From the IMG/VR virus record IMGVR_UViG_3300028833_002727: a DNA stretch of 64,000 bases; one strand, 5' to 3'. The notes beneath the pieces were generated by a model. The model had not been told where the DNA came from. It did not search any database and saw only the letters and a list, made by a program, of their open reading frames with translations. Shown here in pieces: positions 18,865 to 28,761 of the stretch. This DNA comes from a virus. Its lineage: Duplodnaviria > Heunggongvirae > Uroviricota > Caudoviricetes. How positions within the stretch are numbered: position 1 is the first letter of the stretch; each line of letters starts with the position of its first letter. The position numbers and the translations under genes are program-made.

Positions 18865-19838
18865 TAATTTTCAACAAAATCGTAAAATTCTTGCTTTATT
18901 TTTTCTGTTTCGGCATTATAAATCTCTTGATAAACGTCATATTGCTCATCATCGAAATTTTTCCACAGCACTCCAGTTTTCTCTTCCGCAAGACGTTTAC
19001 ACTCATTAAATAAACTTCTATCATGTCCTTTGAGCCAGTGTTCAATATTTCGTCCATGGAAGTAACCATTATATGCGTCATCTTCCTCATGCCCATAACA
19101 GAAAAATTCAAGACTATCGTTTTTCTCTTGCTGTATTTTCAACCACTGATCTGGAACATTCCAAGCCGTTTCACAATCGCCATACACCACAATTTTGTCA
19201 TGCTCCAACTCCTTAACACGCCAATCTTTTGGATAAGCATTCCATTTTGTTCCTCTATATTTTATTCCCCAGTCATACCATCCAACAACACCGTACTTCT
19301 CTCTTTGTTCTTTCACAGCACGACGGTACAACTCAACATACATCTCTCTTGCTTTTAAAAGGGAGAAATAAAGTTGTTTTCGATCAGAGTCTTGTGAAAG
19401 TTCCTCAACGTACTTTGCGGAATATTTACCAATCCATGTGCCTTTATCGCGAAGAAGCTTGGTAAATTTCTTTATCGTTTGTTTGTTTGCTTTTTTATAT
19501 GGACATTCCATATTTTCTATTTTGCAAACATATTGTACATAATCCAACACCACTTCGTTTGGAATAAACATACCGTCTTCAAAATCAATACGGTGTACAA
19601 ACCAACCATGTGTATTGTCAGAAAGCGGATTTGTGGTATCAAACAAATGGAAAGTTTTGGGCATTGGATTGAATGAATCCAGTGAAATGTTTTCGTTTGC
19701 TTTTAGTTTTTTCTCAATTTCTGGTGCTTTGGCGTTGGCTGAAATCTTCAAATCTTTTTTGAATGACTTGTTGAGCCATTTAATAACTTGTTGTCTGTTG
19801 CCACCAATAGCAATTGTGTTGTAACTGTAGTTAGGCAT
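18852..19838 (-). CDS. DUF1281/YubB ferredoxin-like domain protein
   Basis: MPNY..N, GWYDW....GTKWN, ETAWNVP. Confidence 0.75.
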   Translation of the reverse strand: MPNYSYNTIAIGGNRQQVIKWLNKSFKKDLKISANAKAPEIEKKLKANENISLDSFNPMPKTFHLFDTTNPLSDNTHGWFVHRIDFEDGMFIPNEVVLDYVQYVCKIENMECPYKKANKQTIKKFTKLLRDKGTWIGKYSAKYVEELSQDSDRKQLYFSLLKAREMYVELYRRAVKEQREKYGVVGWYDWGIKYRGTKWNAYPKDWRVKELEHDKIVVYGDCETAWNVPDQWLKIQQEKNDSLEFFCYGHEEDDAYNGYFHGRNIEHWLKGHDRSLFNECKRLAEEKTGVLWKNFDDEQYDVYQEIYNAETEKIKQEFYDFVENYLVN

Positions 19839-19879
19839 TGTTAAATTGTTTTTGTGATTAAACTTATGGTTTTTCGCTG

Positions 19880-19911
19880 CAAAGATACTACAAAAATTTC
19901 AAATAACCAAA
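19880..19911 (-). promoter_or_regulatory. Bacteroidota sigma-A type early promoter
   Basis: TTTG-N20-TATCTTTG. Confidence 0.8.
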
Positions 19912-19931
19912 TTTTGCAATAAAAAAACCGC

Positions 19932-20216
19932 TCATTTCTGGGCGGTTATCTTTTTTGCTTTTTTCTCTGCTATCATTTTTTTAGCAAGTTCTTTGTTCTG
20001 TTCTTTTTTCTTTGCAACTTCTTCAGGGTGCTCATCATTCCATTTGTCTTGTTCTTCAATGAATGAAACATATCCTATTTTCCAATTGAAATAGTGTGGG
20101 CACATTAAAAACCAGTGATTATCTTTTCCTTCTGCGATACATTTACCTTTCATTTTACATTTTCCATTACACATTTCCTCTTGGAATTGTGGTATATCTT
20201 TTTCGTCGTATTTCAT
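19932..20216 (-). CDS. Hypothetical protein
   Basis: ATGA overlap with upstream gene; Cys motif. Confidence 0.6.
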   Translation of the reverse strand: MKYDEKDIPQFQEEMCNGKCKMKGKCIAEGKDNHWFLMCPHYFNWKIGYVSFIEEQDKWNDEHPEEVAKKKEQNKELAKKMIAEKKAKKITAQK

Positions 20217-22327
20217 AGTAAATCTTCTTCTTTTAAACCTAAATTATTTAAAAACCACTGTTTAATCCACCACATGTAGTCATATTCCTGGAAATATTTA
20301 AGTAAAAGATATTCTTTAAGTTCCATATCATTACCAGTTAAAATCTCTTTAATTCTGTCATAGTCAAAATATTTTATTTTTTCTATTTTGAAGTTAAATT
20401 CAGATATTGGAATATTTTCTTCAGTAATAACAGAATCTGAGTTAACAAATCTAAATCTACCAGTTTCGGTAAACTCACTCACAGGCACTTCGATAGAAAT
20501 TTTACATTCGTTTCCCCAAGCGTCTGGGTGAACGGTAAAGAATAACATATTGCCATGTCCTTCAGAATGATGCTGGTGTATGTCTAATTCTCCGGTAGCA
20601 AGAATATCCCCAAGGCTCATCATTCTTGTGTTATGATAGAGTTTAATGAAACCATTTTGTTGATTTTTCTCTATCTCCTCTAACTCCCACTCTTGGTTGT
20701 AGTGTTCTGTTAGATACCCGCTATTTGATATTTGTGTTAATGTTCTTGCACCACCTTCGATGAATATACTAGACATATCTCCACGTTGGTGTGTTACATC
20801 TAAAGCCTTGTTAATCAATACTAAACATTGTTCTGGGCTTGTATAATTGTCATCGTATTCGGTTAATACTTCGTATAGTGGACGTAAGCCAAAATCACTC
20901 CAAGCGTCACTACCATCAGGCATTTGCATCCAATCATATAAACCAACCATGTCTAATAACCTGAATATGTCCATTTTAACAAGTATTTTGCCATCTTTAT
21001 CAAGTTCGGCTTTATCACCATTTAACCCAAATGATACTTTGCATTCTTGTTCACCGCTATTATGGTAATTGTATATATCAATAATACCTTGCAAATCTTT
21101 GTCGCGGGTTTTAATCATGTATTCGTTATCGTAGTAGTCCAATTCTGGTTGAGATAGGAACATCGCTGTTTGTCCTTTATTTGGACCCATTTGATGAACT
21201 GCTTCTTCAGATAGATTATTCTTCTGCATGAACTCGTCTATGTATTCTTTTTCATTTGGGCTTAATACATATCTACCGTTCAATAAATCATTGATTAGGT
21301 ATTGTGGTGTAACATGTAATGTACATTCATAATCCCAATCCATGACTTCCATGTTTAGTTTATTTTTGATATATTCATTGATGTAACTATTGTCCAACGC
21401 GTCGTAACTCATCCATTGTGAGTGTCCTGCTAATTCAGTATTACAATCAAGTTTAATAGTGTTACGCATGATAATACCAATCCACTGATATACATATTTC
21501 TCTGGGAAACCGTCTAGATTACCTTGTTTGGTAAATACTTGTAACGCGCGTTGATATATTGATGGGTTAATTAGAGGTGCCCAGGTTTGTGTTTCTCTTC
21601 CCTGGTTCATATCTTCAACGAAATCGTTTAGAATAGACTCACAACTAATCTCTTCAGAATAATCTTCAAGTGTTGCTTCATTTAGAAGTCCGTTTTCATT
21701 AAGTTTCTCTTTTTTAATCTCAGCATATTCAAAGAAAGGCTTTCTTTGTTGATAACCATCATAGAGCCATTTTTGGAATACCGTATGAGGAACTTCAGTG
21801 ATTTTCCAGAAGCCATTCCAACCTTCGTTGTAATTAGCCATGTATGCCTCTTTTGCCTCTTGCTCATTTCTGAAACCTAACATGATTTTAGTTTCATCGA
21901 ACTTACCGTCAATCTTCTGGTCGATAGCGAAGATAGAATATGTATCGAAATTATCTCCAAGGAATACATCAACAGCATCACCATCATAACCAAGTGTATG
22001 AGTGAAATAGCCGTAATCATTCTTCATTCTAACTTGCCACTTGTTACCTTTTCTGTCTTTACCACTACGGATAGTGCCACGTGGGTTTTCTATTGCAATG
22101 TCGTAACCAAGGATACGCACTCTACCCATTTTGTAGTTGCCCGCACTCTTTTGTCCTTCTGTTGGATTTTTATCGGTTTCCTCACGTGCTTGTTGTATCT
22201 TTTGTTGAAGTTCTGAAACTTGATTTTCTGTGAAGAAAATACGTTTTTGCTTATTTTCGTTTGATACAAGTTGCTCTTTTATTGCTTCTATTTGTTTTTC
22301 TGTTAAGAATATTTGTTTTTTTGCCAT
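20213..22327 (-). CDS. Multi-domain protein: tag + InPase (polyvalent-protein inorganic pyrophosphatase-like) + unknown + C-terminal ART-like domain
   Basis: PTEGQKSAGNYKMG..IENPRG..R.G.D..G..W...M..DYGYF....G.DGD.VDVF; C-term KLYHNT...ILATG; N-term IFLTEKQ and IFFTENQ. Confidence 0.75.
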   Translation of the reverse strand: MAKKQIFLTEKQIEAIKEQLVSNENKQKRIFFTENQVSELQQKIQQAREETDKNPTEGQKSAGNYKMGRVRILGYDIAIENPRGTIRSGKDRKGNKWQVRMKNDYGYFTHTLGYDGDAVDVFLGDNFDTYSIFAIDQKIDGKFDETKIMLGFRNEQEAKEAYMANYNEGWNGFWKITEVPHTVFQKWLYDGYQQRKPFFEYAEIKKEKLNENGLLNEATLEDYSEEISCESILNDFVEDMNQGRETQTWAPLINPSIYQRALQVFTKQGNLDGFPEKYVYQWIGIIMRNTIKLDCNTELAGHSQWMSYDALDNSYINEYIKNKLNMEVMDWDYECTLHVTPQYLINDLLNGRYVLSPNEKEYIDEFMQKNNLSEEAVHQMGPNKGQTAMFLSQPELDYYDNEYMIKTRDKDLQGIIDIYNYHNSGEQECKVSFGLNGDKAELDKDGKILVKMDIFRLLDMVGLYDWMQMPDGSDAWSDFGLRPLYEVLTEYDDNYTSPEQCLVLINKALDVTHQRGDMSSIFIEGGARTLTQISNSGYLTEHYNQEWELEEIEKNQQNGFIKLYHNTRMMSLGDILATGELDIHQHHSEGHGNMLFFTVHPDAWGNECKISIEVPVSEFTETGRFRFVNSDSVITEENIPISEFNFKIEKIKYFDYDRIKEILTGNDMELKEYLLLKYFQEYDYMWWIKQWFLNNLGLKEEDLL

Positions 22328-22335
22328 AATTAAGG

Positions 22336-22355
22336 TATTTATCTATGAATAAATA
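22336..22355. promoter_or_regulatory. Opposed pair of late motifs (TATTTAT on each strand)
   Basis: tatttat-ctatga-ataaata in the 56-bp gap between divergent tagged genes. Confidence 0.55.
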
Positions 22356-22383
22356 TAGATAATTATTTGAAAGTGTCAACAAT

Positions 22384-23520
22384 ATGAAAGTTATTTTAAC
22401 TGAAAAACAATATAAAGAATATTTGCGTTTCCTACAGGATGAGCACAACCATAATCTCATCATGGAGGAATTCAAGGCTGAACTATCTCAAAAAGATATG
22501 CCAGCAGAATTCCAACAAATGAACGATTATATGTATGGTGATATACCACAGGGTAGATTGGATGCAATTCAAGATCGTTATACTAAAAACGGTTTTACAT
22601 ATAACAATAGTGCTAAACATCCTGAATTAGGACAACACAACGCAGAAGTTAAACCTAATGTTAGCGGTAGTGTATTCCCATTTGGTAATATCAAATTATC
22701 ACATGAAGTACTAATCGTTAACATGACTAGTGCATTACATTGCCCATCTGCAAAATTCTGTCCTATCGGAAAGAATGCGTGCTACGCTTTTAATGATGAG
22801 AGACGTAGAGAGTCATACTGGCAACGTAATGCAAGAAATGAAATCATGTTTGATATGGCAAGGGAAAATCCTGCTAAATGGAAATATATATTCTGGTTTA
22901 TTAGAAATTACATTGACAAAGCGCGTAACGCTGGCGTGATTGTTAGATATGTACGTCTAAACGAGGCTGGCGACTTTAAAACGGCAGATGACGTTCGCCG
23001 TTTTGATGAATTTGCTGCTGAATTGAAGAGAGATTACGGTATTGAGACACACGCATACACAGCAAATAAAGACTTGATTGATGCGATTTCACAAGTAAAA
23101 AACATCAATATAAATGCTTCAATTCCAGATATTCAGGGTGAAAAGGTTTTACGTCACTTCTATGGCGTAGAAGAGGAAATCCTTGCTCAATTACCAGATA
23201 CTCCGCTTAGGGATATTGCAACGCCTGAGTTACAGGAAGGCGGCAAATGGGGATTATATTACAAATGCCCATGTGATATTGCTGCTGGTGCAAGATGCTT
23301 TAATTGTCAAGTATGCTGGTTAGCAAAACCAGGTATCGCACCTAACGGTGAACAAGTACCACAATTTAATGTATTATGTAAAATACACGGTGCAGGTAAA
23401 AAACACTACAATCAAGCAAACGCTGATAAAAAAAGAGGTATGTCACCAGCACAACAAAAACTAAATATTAAGAAAATGGTTAAACAAGCGCGTCGCGCAG
23501 AAAATGAAGTAAATCAATAG
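22384..23520 (+). CDS. Phage Gp88-like Fe-S/Cys-cluster protein with N-terminal tag
   Basis: GNIKL, CPSAKFC...CYA, VRLNEAGDF, AYT, CPC...CFNCQVCW; N-term KVILTEKQ. Confidence 0.6.
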   Translation: MKVILTEKQYKEYLRFLQDEHNHNLIMEEFKAELSQKDMPAEFQQMNDYMYGDIPQGRLDAIQDRYTKNGFTYNNSAKHPELGQHNAEVKPNVSGSVFPFGNIKLSHEVLIVNMTSALHCPSAKFCPIGKNACYAFNDERRRESYWQRNARNEIMFDMARENPAKWKYIFWFIRNYIDKARNAGVIVRYVRLNEAGDFKTADDVRRFDEFAAELKRDYGIETHAYTANKDLIDAISQVKNININASIPDIQGEKVLRHFYGVEEEILAQLPDTPLRDIATPELQEGGKWGLYYKCPCDIAAGARCFNCQVCWLAKPGIAPNGEQVPQFNVLCKIHGAGKKHYNQANADKKRGMSPAQQKLNIKKMVKQARRAENEVNQ

Positions 23521-23531
23521 GAGATGAAAAT

Positions 23532-24053
23532 ATGAAAATAAAAAAAGATGTTTTAACGAGAATGATACGAGAAAGTATCACTAAGTGTTTGAATGAAACA
23601 ACGTTCAGTGATTTGGATGATATGGATAATTATAGCTGGCAATATTCAAGGGGTGAACGATTTGATATTTATGTTGATGGACATTTAGAATATCACGATA
23701 TTCCAGAAGAATCTGTTGATAGAATATGTGATATGCTTGAACGCGCTCCATATGAACAAAATATTGAAGTAAAAAGGATTGGTGAGTTATCTGAAGAACG
23801 TGATATTGATGCTGACACGTATTATGGCGGTGGTTTGCCAGAACCAGCACAACACGCTATGACTTATACACCAGAAAAAGAGGTTGCTGAAATATGCGAA
23901 CAAATGCGTCCATACGTAGACAAACTAGCGGACGTATTCAATAGTTATAGTCCAACAGTTCAAGGTGTTGATGATAAAGTATTTACATTACTTAACGGGT
24001 TCGATGAACTACCAAAGTTAGCAAAATTCTTTTCAACTACTGAAATAGACTAA
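23532..24053 (+). CDS. Tagged hypothetical protein
   Basis: N-term LTRMIRESITKCLNE. Confidence 0.7.
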   Translation: MKIKKDVLTRMIRESITKCLNETTFSDLDDMDNYSWQYSRGERFDIYVDGHLEYHDIPEESVDRICDMLERAPYEQNIEVKRIGELSEERDIDADTYYGGGLPEPAQHAMTYTPEKEVAEICEQMRPYVDKLADVFNSYSPTVQGVDDKVFTLLNGFDELPKLAKFFSTTEID

Positions 24054-24083
24054 TAAAAAAGGCTTAGACAATCTCTAAACTTT

Positions 24084-24230
24084 TTTCTTCGTTTACACTT
24101 ACATTGACGTACTCCCACCACTGAATGCCGTGGGATTCTTCGACTATCATAGTAACTGCGATGTAGCATATGCTACGTTCGTCTTACTGTTACTCCTGTC
24201 GTGGGAAACGCCCTTCCCACATGCTATATT
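24084..24230 (-). ncRNA. Predicted TnpB omegaRNA (reRNA) with 3' guide; boundaries approximate
   Basis: Overlaps tnpB 3' end and RE hairpin; the guide would be the flank TGTAAGTGTAAACGAAG... Confidence 0.5.
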
Positions 24231-25289
24231 CAATATATTCACTGCCGCGTTAACATCACGGTTATGAGTAGCGCCGCATTGCGGGCATACCCATTCACGT
24301 ACACCTAGGTTTTTAACCCCACTATTCTTATATCCACAACAATGACAAACCTGACTACTCGCGGCAAACCTGTCGATTTTAACTACCGTCGTATCGTACT
24401 TGCTAGCAATATAATCTAGTTTGTTAACGAACTCACTATATCCCAAATCGCTAACTTTACGCCCCCACAACTTCTGCATTGCTTTCAGATTTAAATCCTC
24501 AACCGCAATTAATGAGTAATGTTTGCATAACTCATGGGCTAGTTTCCAATGGAAATCCGCACGCTGATCTGCAATATGTTCATGGAGTTTGGCGAGTTGC
24601 TTTACTGCTTTTTTCCTACTGTTACTACCTTTAACCTTATGCGCAACATTGCGGTTTAGTTTACGTAGTTGTTTTAACGCGTGTTTATGAGTTTCTGGGC
24701 TGTCAATAGTCACACCATCACTTGTTGTAATCAGATGTTTTAATCCAAAATCCATACCGATGCTTGCATTACCAAGTCTTTCGTAGGTTTTGGGTTTAAC
24801 ATCTGTAGTAACTACGAGCCACAAATACCCAATATTATCGCGTTTAATATGTATATTCCTAACCACACCGTACTCACGCGTGAGTTTAAACCTATAGGTA
24901 TATCCGAGTTTATTCACGGTTAATTTGTTACCGTCAAGCCTATAACCAACACCACCTTTAAAAATAAACGAACCGGATTTGTTTGTTTTGTGGAAGTTAG
25001 GACGTCCACGTCCTTTCTTTTTAAAAAATTCCTTATAGGTAGCATCCACGCGTTGGCATATTTCTTGCAGGGATTGTGAACCCATCATCCTCAAGTATGG
25101 GTTATGTTTTGCGAGTTTCGCAATATGATGTTGCATTTTTGTGCATGATGGGTTTATACCGAAAAGTTTATAGTATCTACGATACAGAGCGACTACGTGG
25201 TTCCACACATAGATGGAGGTTGTCACCAGTTGTGACAACTCCTTTGTGTGTTTTGACGCGTATAATCTGTATTTGTAGTTAAGAATCAT
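24104..25289 (-). mobile_element. IS200/IS605-family element, solo tnpB (IS1341-like); left end not defined
   Basis: Right-end hairpin AGAATCCCACGGCATTCAGTGGTGGGAGTACGTCAA ending at 24104; no tnpA. Confidence 0.75.
24147..25289 (-). CDS. tnpB: RNA-guided endonuclease TnpB
   Basis: YKYRLY N-term; RuvC GMDFG, VEDL, NRDVNAA; Zn finger CHCCG/CPQCG. Confidence 0.93.
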   Translation of the reverse strand: MILNYKYRLYASKHTKELSQLVTTSIYVWNHVVALYRRYYKLFGINPSCTKMQHHIAKLAKHNPYLRMMGSQSLQEICQRVDATYKEFFKKKGRGRPNFHKTNKSGSFIFKGGVGYRLDGNKLTVNKLGYTYRFKLTREYGVVRNIHIKRDNIGYLWLVVTTDVKPKTYERLGNASIGMDFGLKHLITTSDGVTIDSPETHKHALKQLRKLNRNVAHKVKGSNSRKKAVKQLAKLHEHIADQRADFHWKLAHELCKHYSLIAVEDLNLKAMQKLWGRKVSDLGYSEFVNKLDYIASKYDTTVVKIDRFAASSQVCHCCGYKNSGVKNLGVREWVCPQCGATHNRDVNAAVNILNIACGKGVSHDRSNSKTNVAYATSQLL

Positions 25290-25496
25290 AGTTTAAAACA
25301 AAAAACGGAAAGTGGACGAAGGCTAAAGTGGAACACACCAATCGAACACAATCCGTATATATTTACATATTGTTTACCGTTACGAGTTCCACTTCGTTTC
25401 GGTGGTTATTTTCTAATAATAAATACCTGCAAGTTTCAAAAAACGCTGATATTTTTACTAAAAAATAAAAAAAGTTATTTATTTACCGTGTGTAAT

Positions 25497-28079
25497 TCAT
25501 CCCACGGTTAAAACACATTGGTTTTCTTGCACGTTAATCGTAAATTGTTTTCCTAATGGATAATCCTCTTCGATTAACATATCTGTAAGTTTATTTTCTA
25601 TTTTATCTCGTATCGCTCTGTGTATCGGGCGTGCGCCATATTCTTTTTCATCTGATATTGCATTGAATAATACATCTACAACATCATCAGTATATTTCAA
25701 TTCATAGTGAATACCCTCAACACGCTTTTGTAAGTATCCTAATTCAATCTTAATAATATCCTTCAAGTTATCATCCGTAAGTGGGTTGAAGAAGATAATA
25801 TCATCAAGACGGTTTAAGAATTCTGGTGGGAACTTATTCTTTAATTCCTTTTTCAATACATCTTCTTTTGTTTGTGTATCATCACTACTAAAACCAATGT
25901 TCTTTGTGTTTGCTGCCTTCTTAGCGCCGACATTTGATGTCATAATGATAATCGTATTACGGAAGTCGACTTTATAGCCTGTATTGTCAGTTAAGAAACC
26001 TTCATCAAGGATTTGCAAGAATAGGTTATAAACCTTGTCGTGCGCCTTCTCAAGTTCATCAATCAACAATACACAGTATTTTTTATTCTTGATTGCTTCT
26101 GTTAATAAACCGCCTTCAGTATAACCGACATAGCCAGCACTTGCACCAATAAGTTTATTTACTGACGTTTCATCTGCATATTCTGACATATCGAAACGTA
26201 CAAGGTATTTCTCATCACCAAATATTTCTTTTGCTAATGTCTTAGCAATCAACGTTTTACCACAACCTGTTGGACCAATAGCCATGATGCTTAGTCGGCA
26301 TCTACTACTATCACTTAAACCTATTTTATTACGTTTAATTGCGCGTGAGATAACGTTAATTGCTTCATCTTGTCCAACAACAACATGTTTTAATGTATCA
26401 GAAACATGTTTCAATTCTTCTTTCTCACTACTTGATATTTTACCAATAGGTATATGTGTATGTTCGGAAACAACGTGGTACAAGTCATCCATTGTTATCG
26501 TTTGTGCTCCACGTTTGTTGATGTTGGCTTGTAACTTGGCAAGTTTATCTCTAAATTCGTTAATCTTATTGGTAACGTCATTCGCATCATCCATTTTGTC
26601 TTTCTTGATATATCCATCTTTTACAACTTCTAAATCATGAATCTGTTTCAGTACATCTTTTGCCACAATATTGTCAAGGCAATTTAGTTTTTTATATGAA
26701 CCGAGTTCATCAATAACGTCAAATGCTGATGCGGGTAATTGTTTTTCCGTTATATAGCGGTTACACAAATTAACTGCCGTGTAGATAATTTCTTCAGTAT
26801 ATTTCACGTTATGATATTTCTCGTAACTTTTCTTTGCCTGACAAAGGATGTTGATACATTCATCAACTGACGGCCTATCAATGATAATTTCTTGGAATTT
26901 GTTGGCAATGTCGGGGTTATTATCAACTATTGCTTTGTATTTTTTTGTTGAAGCCGTTGCAATAATTTGTGTGTTACCTTCTCTGAGAAGTTCATTTAAA
27001 ACACCTCCAGCGTCATAATCTGAACTGGTACTTTTACTGCCAAACATCGTATCAATGTCGTCAATAAACAAAATAGCGTTTGGATTAGATTTTAATTGCT
27101 TAACCAAATCAACCATTCTTCCTTCGAGTTGTCCACGTAAACTTGTACCAGCCAAGATTTCTCCTGGGTTTAGTTTTAATATTTCTTTGTTACGGAATTG
27201 CAATGGCGCTGTACCATCGTGTAATGCTTTTGCTAATCCAAGTACACATTGGGTTTTACCTACACCGCTTTCACCTACAAGAATTGCATTATTACATTTC
27301 TTCCTGGCTAACACGTTGTAAATAGTGTTCAACTCTTTTTCTCTACCAATCAATTCATCAATCTTACCTTTTTCACATTCCGCATTTAGGTTGGTACAGA
27401 ACTCAATATTTTTACTATTTTTCTTGGTATTGTTATTTGCCACTTGTTTAATGTTATTTAGTTCCTCTGGTAAATTCTGTAATATCTCTACTAGTTTTTC
27501 TGGTGCGTTGCCGAAAATATGGATAGTACCGTTTTGAGTATCAATTTCCTTATATATTTCCCCATCACTATCATCAATTTTTACCACATCGTTTGATATA
27601 ACATCGTGTACTTGTTTTGATAAATCAAGCATTGTGTTATAGTTAACACCAACATTTCTGAATAGTTTTTTCAATTTACTTTGTGTATCACCAGTACGTA
27701 AAATTGCTAACAAAACGTGATCAGAAGTAATATAATTTGAATTGGTAATATCCTTTATTTCAAGTGCAATATTGAATATCATCAACATGTTTCTATCGAA
27801 ATCAACTTTCCCGCCTATTATACCATCACTCTTTGTTAGTATGTTACCTATTTCATCGTGTATATACGCTATGTCTGATGAGTTAAGGAACGAGTTAAGT
27901 GCCTTGTATAACATACACTCGTTGTTATCCAAAGCAGCATATACGAATACTTCAGGTGTGATTTCGCTAATACTAAAGACAGGTGCAATCTCATCGGTTA
28001 TGTAACTAATCAAGGTAGTCAACTCCTTAGAAAAGAAATTCCACGGATTCAATGTTTGTTTTTTTATCGGTTGTGCCAT
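25497..28079 (-). CDS. ClpC/ClpA-like Hsp100 AAA+ ATPase
   Basis: Clp N-domain, GESGVGKT, short M-domain, GPTGCGKT, RFDMSEY, GYVGY, IGF loop, GARP. Confidence 0.9.
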   Translation of the reverse strand: MAQPIKKQTLNPWNFFSKELTTLISYITDEIAPVFSISEITPEVFVYAALDNNECMLYKALNSFLNSSDIAYIHDEIGNILTKSDGIIGGKVDFDRNMLMIFNIALEIKDITNSNYITSDHVLLAILRTGDTQSKLKKLFRNVGVNYNTMLDLSKQVHDVISNDVVKIDDSDGEIYKEIDTQNGTIHIFGNAPEKLVEILQNLPEELNNIKQVANNNTKKNSKNIEFCTNLNAECEKGKIDELIGREKELNTIYNVLARKKCNNAILVGESGVGKTQCVLGLAKALHDGTAPLQFRNKEILKLNPGEILAGTSLRGQLEGRMVDLVKQLKSNPNAILFIDDIDTMFGSKSTSSDYDAGGVLNELLREGNTQIIATASTKKYKAIVDNNPDIANKFQEIIIDRPSVDECINILCQAKKSYEKYHNVKYTEEIIYTAVNLCNRYITEKQLPASAFDVIDELGSYKKLNCLDNIVAKDVLKQIHDLEVVKDGYIKKDKMDDANDVTNKINEFRDKLAKLQANINKRGAQTITMDDLYHVVSEHTHIPIGKISSSEKEELKHVSDTLKHVVVGQDEAINVISRAIKRNKIGLSDSSRCRLSIMAIGPTGCGKTLIAKTLAKEIFGDEKYLVRFDMSEYADETSVNKLIGASAGYVGYTEGGLLTEAIKNKKYCVLLIDELEKAHDKVYNLFLQILDEGFLTDNTGYKVDFRNTIIIMTSNVGAKKAANTKNIGFSSDDTQTKEDVLKKELKNKFPPEFLNRLDDIIFFNPLTDDNLKDIIKIELGYLQKRVEGIHYELKYTDDVVDVLFNAISDEKEYGARPIHRAIRDKIENKLTDMLIEEDYPLGKQFTINVQENQCVLTVG

Positions 28080-28143
28080 TATTTTTACTAATTTCTATTG
28101 ATTTCTTAATAAATATATCTATTTTTTTTAAAAAGGCAAGTAT

Positions 28144-28507
28144 TATGATTATATGTAGAGATTATGACGAAGAAAAACAATTGGATAGAGTTTGGTATGA
28201 TTCATCCAATGTATTTTACTCCGAGTGTGAAGACGGAGATAGCGCAGGAAAGGTTTTGCGCGTAGTATTTAAGAATGGTGCAACATATCAATATAGCGAC
28301 GTTGATGTGAACGACTATGTTATGTTTATTGCTGGCGGTACAGACGGTTCAAACGGTAAGGCTTTGAACGAGTTTGTTAAGAAGAAACATTGCCCATATG
28401 AACGTATCGCTGATAGTGACAAGGAAGCACTAATTAACGAAATGAATGAGATTAAACAGAGACGTAAACAAGCGGCTGATGAAACTACCGAAGAAAATAA
28501 TGAATAA
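28144..28507 (+). CDS. KTSC domain protein
   Basis: DSSNV...LRVVFKNGATYQYSDV...S.GK.LN..VK. Confidence 0.8.
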
Positions 28508-28516
28508 AACACAAAT

Positions 28517-28543
28517 AAACGAGGGAAAATACCTCGTTTTTTG
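28517..28543 (+). terminator. Intrinsic terminator
   Basis: aaacgagg-gaaaata-cctcgtttttt. Confidence 0.7.
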
Positions 28544-28602
28544 TTTTTAGATAGTATTTATATGTGAATAATAACTATAGTTATAAAAAAATAAATTCGA
28601 TT

Positions 28603-28737
28603 ATGGAAAACATTAACGATCAAATGCAAGAGTTCTTAGTAGAACAACCATTTGGACACAGTGAACAAGAACCTAAAGATTGCACAAAAGAAGCTATTGA
28701 TTTAGGTGCAGTACCAAATGAAGTAGTTATTGTTTAA
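28603..28737 (+). CDS. Small acidic protein (44 aa, absent from ORF track)
   Basis: MENINDQMQEFLVEQ...; own TATTTAT at 28555 and a downstream hairpin. Confidence 0.5.
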   Translation: MENINDQMQEFLVEQPFGHSEQEPKDCTKEAIDLGAVPNEVVIV

Positions 28738-28761
28738 TGATAACTAAAAAAAAAGAAGCCA

